64,000 bases of DNA from Bacteroidota bacterium. Its GTDB lineage: Bacteria; Bacteroidota; Bacteroidia; Chitinophagales; LD1. Below, piece after piece: positions 1 to 8,828 of the stretch. The notes under the pieces are model-generated. The model saw only the letters and a list, made by a program, of their open reading frames with translations, was not told where the DNA came from and searched no databases. Position 1 is the first letter of the stretch, and every line of letters begins with the position of its first letter. A program made the position numbers and the translations under genes. The stretch spans positions 5,463 through 69,462 of the forward strand of contig CANJVG010000002.1 in the NCBI GenBank assembly GCA_947478005.1. Direction: 5' to 3'.

Positions 1-1724
1 ACAATGTGAAAAACATGTTTTCCTCTCCCGATGAATTTGCGTTGGCGTTAAAATATGCGGGTATTAATGTCCTCATGCACGCCAATATTCACACAGCGAA
101 TATCAGCAAAGCTATGTTGAAGCGTACTCGCGATTTGGTGAATGTTTACGATATGTATCATACCGGAGCATTCACTGATAATATGCAGCGCAATGGCAAT
201 TATCCACTCATTATTAATCAGAAAGGCTTTCGCATTGCTATTATCAACTATACCCGAATTACTAATAGGCCTTCTATTTCGCGGGACTTTGTGGTTAACG
301 AAATTGATAAGAGTGTCATGGAAAGAGATATGCGCATGGCGCAAATTCAGAAACCGGATTTCATTATAGCCTATTTTGATTGGGGTGCTAATAATCAGGA
401 TGCTCCCAACTATATGCAAATGGATATTGTGCAATATGCGTTTCAGCTTGGTGCTAATTTTGTTGTAGGCACCAATCCAAACACGCCAATGCGAATTGAC
501 TATGTAAACTATAGTCGTAACGGGATAATGAAACAGGGAATTGTGGCGTATTCGCTCGGAAATTTAGTTGCTAGTAATGATGAGGTTCAAAATCGCAGGG
601 GTTATGTGATAGATTTAGAGCTCAAGAAGAATAATTACACTAGCGAAACGGATATAAATGATTGGGGGGCTATTCCTGTTTACACCTACTATGATACTAC
701 ATCTACACATGGTTCAACCAAAATTTTTTCGGTGCCTTGCGCCAACGTTGAAAGCGGAGATATCTTCCCTAAAATTCCATATATCGAAAAGCGAAGAGCC
801 GTAAATTGCGCCTACGAGGTTCGCAAACTACTTGGAGCAACTGCGGATGAAATTCAATATAACCTCACCGAATTAGCAGTGAACAATGTGCAGGAAACCA
901 TTGATCTTACAAGCGCTTCGCTCAATAATAAATTTAGTCAAAAGCGGGCAAGCGAAATTGAACCGACAGATGCGCCTGTGCTTCCAATTACCGCGATTGG
1001 ATCTAACAACCCACCTTCATTAGCCGTGTTGTATGATGAGCAGCCTAACGTTGATCCACAAAGCGAAAAAACTATGTCGAAATCTAAAACCAGCGGGCAG
1101 GAAACACTTTTAACTACAGCTCAAAAAGTAGAGCCGACAGATCTCAACAGAGCTCCAAACCATTATCCCCAATCAGACGATAGTGCTTCACGGAATAAAA
1201 GTGTTGCTTGCGAAAACAAAGTCGATGGAATTGGCAATAACAATATAGGTAAAGACATATCAACAAAAGGAAGTAGTTCAACTGAACGGTCAGTTAATAA
1301 AACTTCATCACAGACAAATATTTCCACTAAGAAAGAGGAAGGTAAAAGACCAGAGCAGAAAGAAAGAGAAAGGGAAACAGCAATTGAGATTAACCATAAA
1401 ACAGAAGTAGAGGCAGCTAAATCGAATAAATCCGAAACCGGTTCAGAATTACAAAAAGTAATTGGTGTAAATTCACAAGTAGTATTTGACACCATCTATC
1501 GAATTCAGTTTTATGCACTCAAAAAATTCATCCCGCTGGATACAAATTACTATACACATTTAAAGGGGTATGAAGTAATGGAAGAAGCCGGTCTTTTTAA
1601 ATACCTTTTAGGGAGTTTTAAAACTAAACAGGAGTGTGACCTATATTGGAAAACACAAATTCAGCCAAGATATAAGCAGAGTTTCGTTATAAAATATACG
1701 GGAAATAAACGGCTGCCCGAATGA
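1..1724 (+). CDS. CapA/PGA_cap-like metallophosphoesterase-fold protein with low-complexity linker and C-terminal SPOR-like domain (probably 5'-truncated by the window)
   Basis: Frame is open from the window edge. Motifs YFDWG, VVGTNPN and AYSLGN correspond to CapA HWG, GHHPH and YSLGN. The C-terminal YRIQF...FKYLLGSFKT resembles SPOR. Confidence 0.65.
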   Translation, partial: NVKNMFSSPDEFALALKYAGINVLMHANIHTANISKAMLKRTRDLVNVYDMYHTGAFTDNMQRNGNYPLIINQKGFRIAIINYTRITNRPSISRDFVVNEIDKSVMERDMRMAQIQKPDFIIAYFDWGANNQDAPNYMQMDIVQYAFQLGANFVVGTNPNTPMRIDYVNYSRNGIMKQGIVAYSLGNLVASNDEVQNRRGYVIDLELKKNNYTSETDINDWGAIPVYTYYDTTSTHGSTKIFSVPCANVESGDIFPKIPYIEKRRAVNCAYEVRKLLGATADEIQYNLTELAVNNVQETIDLTSASLNNKFSQKRASEIEPTDAPVLPITAIGSNNPPSLAVLYDEQPNVDPQSEKTMSKSKTSGQETLLTTAQKVEPTDLNRAPNHYPQSDDSASRNKSVACENKVDGIGNNNIGKDISTKGSSSTERSVNKTSSQTNISTKKEEGKRPEQKERERETAIEINHKTEVEAAKSNKSETGSELQKVIGVNSQVVFDTIYRIQFYALKKFIPLDTNYYTHLKGYEVMEEAGLFKYLLGSFKTKQECDLYWKTQIQPRYKQSFVIKYTGNKRLPE

Positions 1725-2440
1725 ATTTAGCTGTTGACATAGGAAACACACAAGTGAAATTCGGCATTTTTGAAAATGATGAATTAAAAGAGGTGTTTAG
1801 TCAAGAGGAATCAATCGAACAGATTCTTAGCATTTTCAAAATTGAAAACGCCATTATTTCCAAAACAGGTTCAAGTAACATAATAGGACAGAAACTCGAT
1901 CAGAGAAAAGAAGTCAAAACTCTTCTTCTTTCATCGGAACTAAAATTGCCCATACGTATTTTATACGAAACACCTCAAGCACTTGGCGCAGATAGAATTG
2001 CGGGATGTGTTGCCGCAAACTTTCTATTTCCCGGGAAAAACGTTTTGAAAATTGATTTTGGAACCTGCATTACTTACGATTTTGTAAACGATAAAGGGGA
2101 ATATTACGGAGGAGCCATCTCTCCAGGTATGATGATGCGCTTTAAGGCATTGCACAATTACACTGCTAAACTTCCACTTATTGATCCGAAGGAATTCGAG
2201 AAGTTTGAATTAACTGGTGTAGATACGTCCACTTCTATTTTAAGTGGAGTAATGAACGGAATAAAAGAAGAGGTGGACGGTATTATAAAAGAATACAACC
2301 AGCGTTTTGAGAACCTTAATGTAGTGGCTACCGGAGGTGATACAGGTTTATTTGTTGCTCTCCTCAAAAGTGAGATATTTACCCGCCCTTATTTAGTCCT
2401 CGAAGGGTTAAACCGCATTTTGAATTATAATCTTCCATGA
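1721..2440 (+). CDS. coaX: type III pantothenate kinase
   Basis: Motifs VDIGNT, LGADR, IDFGTCITYD, GGAISPG, ATGGD and LVLEGL. Confidence 0.95.
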   Translation: MNLAVDIGNTQVKFGIFENDELKEVFSQEESIEQILSIFKIENAIISKTGSSNIIGQKLDQRKEVKTLLLSSELKLPIRILYETPQALGADRIAGCVAANFLFPGKNVLKIDFGTCITYDFVNDKGEYYGGAISPGMMMRFKALHNYTAKLPLIDPKEFEKFELTGVDTSTSILSGVMNGIKEEVDGIIKEYNQRFENLNVVATGGDTGLFVALLKSEIFTRPYLVLEGLNRILNYNLP

Positions 2441-3795
2441 AAAGAACGGCAGTCAGTAGTTACAGGTTACACTTTGTGGATTTGATTTTTGACTTTTCGG
2501 GTTTCCGAACTCTCTCATTTCTTCTCTTAGTTTTAATTGTAAATCATCAATCAATCTTTGCGCAAGCATCTTCACCTTATTCTCGCTACGGATTAGGGTA
2601 TGTTAGATCAACGGTCTTTTCTGCCAACAAAGGGATGGGTGAGTTAGCTGCTCCATATTACAGCGCAACAAATATCAACTATACGAACCCTGCCTCTTAC
2701 GCATCTCTTACCAGAACTACTGTTGAGATAGGAGCCAACTTCGATGGGGTAAGTATTATTAAGGACTCTACTTACAAAGCTTCAACCGGCTCTATTAGCC
2801 ATTTTGCTATAGCGTTTGTTCCTAACCCTAAAAAAAACAATTACGCTATCAGCATTGGGCTTTTGCCTTACACCAACATCAACTATACCTTCATACAGAA
2901 TTTCAATGACTCTTCCATTGGTGCTCATCGCGAAATATTCAGCGGCACTGGTTCTCTTTATCAGGTTTATGCAGGAGGGGCTTATAAGGTTAAGGGCTTT
3001 TCCGTAGGTGCGAACCTTGGATTTCTTTTTGGGAAACTTGACTATCAAAAAACAATTGCCTTTCCTGATTCTATAGGCGCTTACGGCACGCGAAATATCA
3101 CTACTCTGAACGTGAAAAGTTTTATGTATAACGTAGGTGTGCAATATCAGTATCGTATTTTTCATAACGATGATGATCCGGATACGCGTAGCGACATCTT
3201 TGCAACTGTGGGGCTTTATGGCTCTGGCGGAATAAAAATGAATGCGAAACTTTCAAACTCTTGGGAGCGGTACGAATACAATCCGACTTACGGCTTAATC
3301 CCTGTAGACACGGCACAGGCGACTTATAATCAAAAGACAAAAATTAATTTGCCCTTTAATCTTGGTGCAGGGGTTATGTTTGGGAACGAACGTTTTTGGA
3401 TGATTGGAACAGACTTTAAATTTATGAATTGGAAGAGCTTCACTTCTCCCCTTAACAATGCGGGATTGAATGATAGTTGGAGACTTTCGTTCGGATTCCA
3501 GATTACCCCGAAGTATGATGAATTGGATAAGAAAAAGTATCTCAGTCGTGTGCAGTATCGCTTTGGTGGTTATTATGGAAAGAGCGAGGTTAATATAGAT
3601 GGTAAGGCGCTTGAGCAAGCTGGTGGAACTATTGGTTTGGGATTTCCCTTTAAATCATTGGGTAGGTTAAATATCACCGGTGATTTTGGAACACGCGGAG
3701 GAAACATAGCGGGTGGTTTTCGGGAGACTTATTATAAAATCACTTTCGGTTTTGTGCTGAACGATATCTGGTTTATCAAACGAAAATTTGATTAA
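2437..3795 (+). CDS. outer-membrane beta-barrel protein of the coaX-lptC locus (start may lie further downstream)
   Basis: SSPYSRYGLG and NPASYA motifs, amphipathic strands, WFIKRKFD C-terminus, and the usual Bacteroidota position between coaX and lptC. Confidence 0.8.
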   Translation: MKRTAVSSYRLHFVDLIFDFSGFRTLSFLLLVLIVNHQSIFAQASSPYSRYGLGYVRSTVFSANKGMGELAAPYYSATNINYTNPASYASLTRTTVEIGANFDGVSIIKDSTYKASTGSISHFAIAFVPNPKKNNYAISIGLLPYTNINYTFIQNFNDSSIGAHREIFSGTGSLYQVYAGGAYKVKGFSVGANLGFLFGKLDYQKTIAFPDSIGAYGTRNITTLNVKSFMYNVGVQYQYRIFHNDDDPDTRSDIFATVGLYGSGGIKMNAKLSNSWERYEYNPTYGLIPVDTAQATYNQKTKINLPFNLGAGVMFGNERFWMIGTDFKFMNWKSFTSPLNNAGLNDSWRLSFGFQITPKYDELDKKKYLSRVQYRFGGYYGKSEVNIDGKALEQAGGTIGLGFPFKSLGRLNITGDFGTRGGNIAGGFRETYYKITFGFVLNDIWFIKRKFD

Positions 3796-3797
3796 GT

Positions 3798-4424
3798 ATG
3801 AAATACAAAGTGCAAGGCACTAAGTATGACCTACCAAACCATTCGTCCTTTAATTTCCAGGTCAATTTTCCCCCGACTTTTCCCGCACCTATTTACTTAC
3901 TTCTACTCTGCACTTTCAGTCTTTCTTCGTGTAAAAATTCACTCGAAGAAGCAAGGCTCGTTACCTCTCGTGCAAATGTAAATATTGAAAAAGGCAAGGA
4001 TGTTCAGATAAACTATTCCGATGATGGAGTGGTTCGCATTCAGGCAAGTGGGCATACTGTAACTCGTTACAATACCAGCAAGCCCTATCTCGAATTTTCA
4101 GATGGCATGAAGCTTTTGTTTTTTAATACAGAACATAAGGTGGAGAGCACCCTCACAGCAAAATATGCTACGGCCATAGAAAATAGTCATTCCATGACTG
4201 CGCGTGATAGTGTGGTGGTGATAAACAATAAAGGTGAATTGCTAAACACCGATGAATTAATTTGGGATGAAGACAAAAAAATAATCTACTCCAATTCATT
4301 TGTAAAAATTTCAACGGCTGATGAAATTATTTATGGCAACGGAATGACCGCCAACGAAAACTTTACGGATTATACGATTAAGCACATCACCGGAAAAATA
4401 AAGGTCAAGACAAGCGAACTATAA
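3798..4424 (+). CDS. lptC: LPS export ABC transporter periplasmic protein LptC (true start probably downstream)
   Basis: Lipobox LSSC, and motifs ARDSVVVINNKGELLNTDELIWD and IIYGNG. Confidence 0.85.
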   Translation: MKYKVQGTKYDLPNHSSFNFQVNFPPTFPAPIYLLLLCTFSLSSCKNSLEEARLVTSRANVNIEKGKDVQINYSDDGVVRIQASGHTVTRYNTSKPYLEFSDGMKLLFFNTEHKVESTLTAKYATAIENSHSMTARDSVVVINNKGELLNTDELIWDEDKKIIYSNSFVKISTADEIIYGNGMTANENFTDYTIKHITGKIKVKTSEL

Positions 4425-4436
4425 TAAATTCGTGGT

Positions 4437-4667
4437 ATGAAAATCCTTCAATACTTTGAAAAGGCCTGGATAGGTGCAGCGATTGCTTCGCTTATTGTGG
4501 CGGTCTATAACCTCATTACACTTCGGGAAATAAGTAACCGTGTTTACTTCCCTTTTTTCTGTGCCGGCTTCTGCATACTGATTTGGTTCAACATTCGGGG
4601 GCAAAGAAGATTCAGAGAAAAAATGTTTGGCGACCCAACAGACGAAAAGACAAACGACAAGAAATAA
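4437..4667 (+). CDS. small two-TM membrane protein
   Basis: 76 aa with two hydrophobic segments, 12 bp after lptC on the same strand. Confidence 0.65.
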   Translation: MKILQYFEKAWIGAAIASLIVAVYNLITLREISNRVYFPFFCAGFCILIWFNIRGQRRFREKMFGDPTDEKTNDKK

Positions 4668-4816
4668 TGGTTACGGAAGTTTGCGGAACAAAATGGGAGC
4701 GCATTTGCGTGGATGTATTTGACGGGCTGTTTGTTTGTCAGGCGATATGAATTTGCGTGCGTTTTTTATTTTTAGGTTGCTAAAGAAAACCCTAAGAGGA
4801 CTTAAAAACAAACAAC

Positions 4817-5743
4817 ATGAAAAAAAAATATCTACTATTAACTCTGCTACTTGCTCTTAATTTTCAAAAGGCAGCACAAGCCCAAACAGTAACCGATATA
4901 GACGGCAATGTTTATAATACCGTTACTATTGGTCCTCAAGTATGGATGCAGGAAAATTTGAAAACCTCCCGCTACCAAGATGGCTCTGCAATAGGTGAAG
5001 TAGAAGATAGCATTAGCTGGGCAAATATATATAATACAAATTCAACAACGCCTGCATGGTGTTATTATGGAAGTGATGCAGCAAACAATGCTACTTATGG
5101 CAAACTCTACAATTGGTATGCGGCAAATGACCCACGCAATGTATGCCCCGCTGGCTGGCATTTGCCTACCGGTTCAGACATCTGACTATTGTCGCTCTAT
5201 TTAGGAGGTGATGCAGTATCCGGCTCTAAATTGAAAGCTACAGTCCTATGGAGTTCTGCTGATTTAAGTGATAATTCTTCCGGTTTCACGGCATTACCAG
5301 GAGGCTTTCGCGCCACTACTGGACTATTCCTCTATATTGGGGATGGAGGATATTTTTGGGACGATTTTGTGTATAATAATGACGGGCAGGGGTTTCGGTT
5401 GGCTTCTGTTATCCAAGAGATACTGCGCGGCTCTGGTGATGATAAAAGGGCTGGGTGGTCCGTGCGTTGTATAGCGGACCCTGTAAATTCTTTACCGAAT
5501 GAGAATATTTTAGATATGCCTATTCAGATATTTCCTAATCCAACCGCAAATAAATTATTTATTGAAACCAATGGCTTGTCAGTAATTCAAGTAAACATTT
5601 ACAATGCCGTAGGCTATTTAGTAAGCCAAAGCAACGAACTCCAAAGAAAAAATATAGATATAAGTCAACTAGCTATGGGAGTTTATATAGCTGAGATAAA
5701 AACCAAACAAGTTAGCGTGAAAAGAAGATGGGTAAAGATGTAA
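4817..5743 (+). pseudogene. FISUMP (Fibrobacter succinogenes major paralogous) domain protein with T9SS type A sorting domain, interrupted by in-frame TGA at 5183-5185
   Basis: Signal peptide, DIDGNVYNTVTIGPQVWMQENL, YGKLYNWYA and CPAGWHLP before the stop. The same frame continues with SSGFTALPGG, SVRC and IFPNPTANKL...GVYIAEI. Confidence 0.8.
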
Positions 5744-5754
5744 GGCATAAATTA

Positions 5755-5786
5755 AAAGAGGCTAATGTATTTCAATTAGCCTCTTT
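5755..5786. terminator. intrinsic terminator hairpin
   Basis: AAAGAGGCTAAT...ATTAGCCTCTTT, 11 bp after the FISUMP gene stop. Confidence 0.75.
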
Positions 5787-6283
5787 ACTTTACTACAACC
5801 GAATTATCTGATGTTAAAGTTTATCAGATAGTTTCCTTAACAGGAAGATTAATTCCCACATAAGGACAATTGTTAGAATTTTCATTAATTGATTAAGTTT
5901 TAGGTTACAAAATATCACCTACAGTCTTTATCAGCAGCTTTAACATTATCTGATTAACTATCTTTAGCGGTAGCGTCAGTATCAGTACCTTAATCAGCAT
6001 CAACTTTATCAAAATAAAACTGTATGCGTGAAGATAATTTATGGTTTGTTATTTGCAAGTATTAATTGAAATAAAAACAGACAGCTGATGCAGCGTGATT
6101 GATTTTTGCTTCTTGTTTCTACAAACAGATTGCTCCCATGTTTCCTTGTATTTTGTGTTCGGCTGTTGGCTGTTTGCGCGACAGCGCAAAATAAAAAGGA
6201 TGATTGTTTTTAAAAAGAATTGACAAGAATCTTACTTCTCTCCCATACTCCTTTTCCTCATTTTTTCTTCAATCCTGTGTCTT

Positions 6284-6497
6284 CAAGAAGTAATCTCATC
6301 CCTTTGAAAATCATTCTCATTCATTTGAGAAACAATCTCACGGCTGTGAGAAATTCTACACGGGTGCGAGAAAGTATCTCAACCCTTTGAAAATGCTTCT
6401 CGTTCGTGTGAGAATACATCTCGTTTCGGGGAGAATGAATCTCACAGCTGTGAGAAATTGTGCACAGCGATGAGATTGAATCTCAAACCTTTGAGAA
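6284..6497. repeat. degenerate 21-bp-period array of ~10 palindromic units (TGAGA-N5-TCTCA-N6)
   Basis: Units start at 6284, 6305, 6326, 6347, 6367, 6388, 6409, 6430, 6451, 6471 and 6492. Two units are 20 bp. Confidence 0.9.
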
Positions 6498-6715
6498 TAG
6501 AAATGGACTGCACAGGATTGCAAAATAAATCGAGCATTTCGAATGAAAAATGGCCATTTAGCCAAAATTCATTCATTTATTAGCCTTTTGAAGCTATGAG
6601 ATTCTTTCTCAACTGTGGAAAAAATGTGGTTTTTCTGTGGAAAATTTCAAAAAACCAAGCCATTTAAATTTGGATTTCTTGATTTTAATTTGCCACTAAA
6701 TCAAAACCAAATAAC

Positions 6716-7420
6716 ATGAAACTATCACAAAAACTTGCCGATTACAACGTAGAAGTAAACGAATTAGTTCCCTACATCAACGTGCCCGCTAATGCTACCC
6801 GTTTAAAACTGGATGCTTCGACACTTACCCAATCAACCAATTTGCTGAACGACTGGAATACGAACTGGGGCCTGTATTCCAATATTGCTACCCATACGCC
6901 TCAAACTGTTATTGACATTAATGCTACTTATCACGATTTTCATCTTTTTACAGGAGGTTTGAAAACTATGCTGAAGGGCAATAAACTGGTTGAGTTAACG
7001 GGGCCGGACATTGCCAATATTCATATTCATGTGAATCAGGCTCACCGAACGCATATTCCGCGTCCGAATTTTGCACCGGCCAATCAGCTTATTAAATCAA
7101 CTCATTTGGTTAACCGGATATTCACGAGCAATCCGCAGCCTTCTTTTGAAAACGATACTAAACTGCCGGAAGATGTGCAGAAGGTGGGAAGAAAAATTGC
7201 GGTGATGTTTCCAAACCCCGGCCCTATTCCGGGTGGTGGCCCTCAGCCCACTCCTAATCCTGAACAATATCTGCACCTTGAAAATATTGGCAGCACTACT
7301 TTTGATTTGGTGTTTGCACCTGAACAAGAAGGGGCGATTGGCTATTTAATCACTTAGTATATTAATCCTCGCGGAGAGGCAGGCCCTCCAAGCGTGCCTT
7401 ATGCTTTCAAGATTATTTAA
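6716..7420 (+). pseudogene. hypothetical protein related to 52305-53024, with in-frame TAG at 7355-7357 removing the last 20 aa
   Basis: After the TAG the frame reads YINPRGEAGPPSVPYAFKII to TAA 7418-7420, matching the paralogue C-terminus WYNTKHPELAGPWTDIIIVVIA. Confidence 0.7.
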
Positions 7421-7459
7421 GAGAAGAAGACGAGAGACACAAGACGTTAGACGTTAGAC

Positions 7460-7494
7460 AAAACAAAAAGCCCCTCACGGGGCTTTTTGTTTTT
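7460..7494. terminator. bidirectional intrinsic terminator
   Basis: AAAACAAAAAGCCCC-TCAC-GGGGCTTTTTGTTTT between convergent genes. Confidence 0.85.
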
Positions 7495-7527
7495 GAAATA
7501 ACATCCAGGTTCCATACCTACATCACC

Positions 7528-8763
7528 TCACCGCGTTGCGAAAAGCAAACTTCCATCTCCATAGCTGAGAAAACGAAAATCATTTTCTAAAGCATGCTGA
7601 TAAATTTCTTTCCAACCTTCGCCAACAACAGCGGCTACTAACAGAAGCAAGGTTGAATTAGGTTGATGAAAATTAGTCACAAGCGCGGTCGCAATTTTTA
7701 ATCGATAAGAAGGAGCAATCATTATTTGCGTTTTGCAAATCAATCTTTCTGTTTCATTGTTTTTCATCCAAAGGATTAACGCACCCAAAGCATCCTCAGC
7801 CTTTATCTCCTCCCGAATCGACAAAGGTAGCTCGTAAGCATCCCATTGTCTTACTTCCAATTCCTTTAGTTGAGACTTTGGTGATAGCTTTGCTTTCACA
7901 CCCATCCAGTAAAGCGATTCGATGGTTCGGAGTGAGGTAGTGCCTACAGAAACGATACTCCTCTCATTATCAGAAATTGCTTTCGCAAGGCGTTCAATAG
8001 TTTCTATTCGCACATCCATCAATTCTTCGTGCATCTCATGTTCCTCCATTGTTTCACTCTTCACCGGTTTAAAGGTGCCGGCACCCACATGAAGAGTTAC
8101 TTCGTCAACTGAAATATTTTTTGCTTTCAGTTTCTTGAAAATAGTTTCGGTAAAATGTAACCCGGCAGTCGGTGCTGCTACCGAGCCTTTATGTTTGGCA
8201 TAAACAGTTTGATAACGGGTCGAGTCGAGTTCCTCACTTTCTCTTTTTAAATAGGGAGGAATTGGAATCATTCCGGTCTGCTCAAGAATCTGTGCAAACG
8301 AAAATTCTTCGGGCTGCCAGACAAATTCTATTACAAAAGTATCGTTGGCCCGTTCGATAATTTCTGCGGTTAACCGGAAGTCCTTTGTCCGATGTTCAAG
8401 AATTTTCTCTTTCCACTTTTTAGCTCCGCCTACGAGGCAATTCCAACGCACCGATTTCTTACGACTCATCACCGAACTCATTTCAGGATTTTCTTCAGCG
8501 GGCTCCAAACAGAAGATTTCAATTTTCGCTCCAGTCGAGTTTCGAAAGAACAATCTCGCCTGAATTACTTTGGTGTTATTAAAGACTAGCAGCGAGTTAT
8601 GGGGGATGTGCTCGCTTATATTTCTGTAAATATCTTCGGAAATTTTCCCATCTCGATAAATCAACAACTTGCTCAAATCGCGTTCCGCTAACGGATACTT
8701 TGCAATTCTGTCGTCCGGTAAATCGTAAATAAAATCCTTGATTCTAATTTGGCGGGGATGCAT
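7528..8763 (-). CDS. queA: S-adenosylmethionine:tRNA ribosyltransferase-isomerase
   Basis: Motifs YDLPDDRIAKYP, PIPPYLKR, YQTVYA, GSVAAPTAGLHF, TLHVGAGTFKPV, TNFHQP and FLSYGDGSLL. Confidence 0.95.
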   Translation of the reverse strand: MHPRQIRIKDFIYDLPDDRIAKYPLAERDLSKLLIYRDGKISEDIYRNISEHIPHNSLLVFNNTKVIQARLFFRNSTGAKIEIFCLEPAEENPEMSSVMSRKKSVRWNCLVGGAKKWKEKILEHRTKDFRLTAEIIERANDTFVIEFVWQPEEFSFAQILEQTGMIPIPPYLKRESEELDSTRYQTVYAKHKGSVAAPTAGLHFTETIFKKLKAKNISVDEVTLHVGAGTFKPVKSETMEEHEMHEELMDVRIETIERLAKAISDNERSIVSVGTTSLRTIESLYWMGVKAKLSPKSQLKELEVRQWDAYELPLSIREEIKAEDALGALILWMKNNETERLICKTQIMIAPSYRLKIATALVTNFHQPNSTLLLLVAAVVGEGWKEIYQHALENDFRFLSYGDGSLLFATR

Positions 8764-8792
8764 GGCAAATACAGAGGGCGCAGATTTTCATG

Positions 8793-8828
8793 AAATAAGA
8801 AGCCCCGAAATTTCGGGGCTTCTTATTT
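8793..8828. terminator. perfect palindrome / terminator after the 8829-10178 gene
   Basis: AAATAAGAAGCCCCGAAATTTCGGGGCTTCTTATTT. Confidence 0.8.

Noticed and set aside
6284..6497. The 21-bp arrays as CRISPR arrays
   Set aside because: There is no invariant repeat with 25-45 bp unique spacers, the whole period is only 21 bp, and no cas gene is in the window.
5183..7357. Stop-codon reassignment explaining the two in-frame stops
   Set aside because: The two stops differ (TGA and TAG), and intact genes here end in TGA (coaX, fahA) and TAG (TIGR02757, rodA-region neighbours such as the esterase), so the code is standard.
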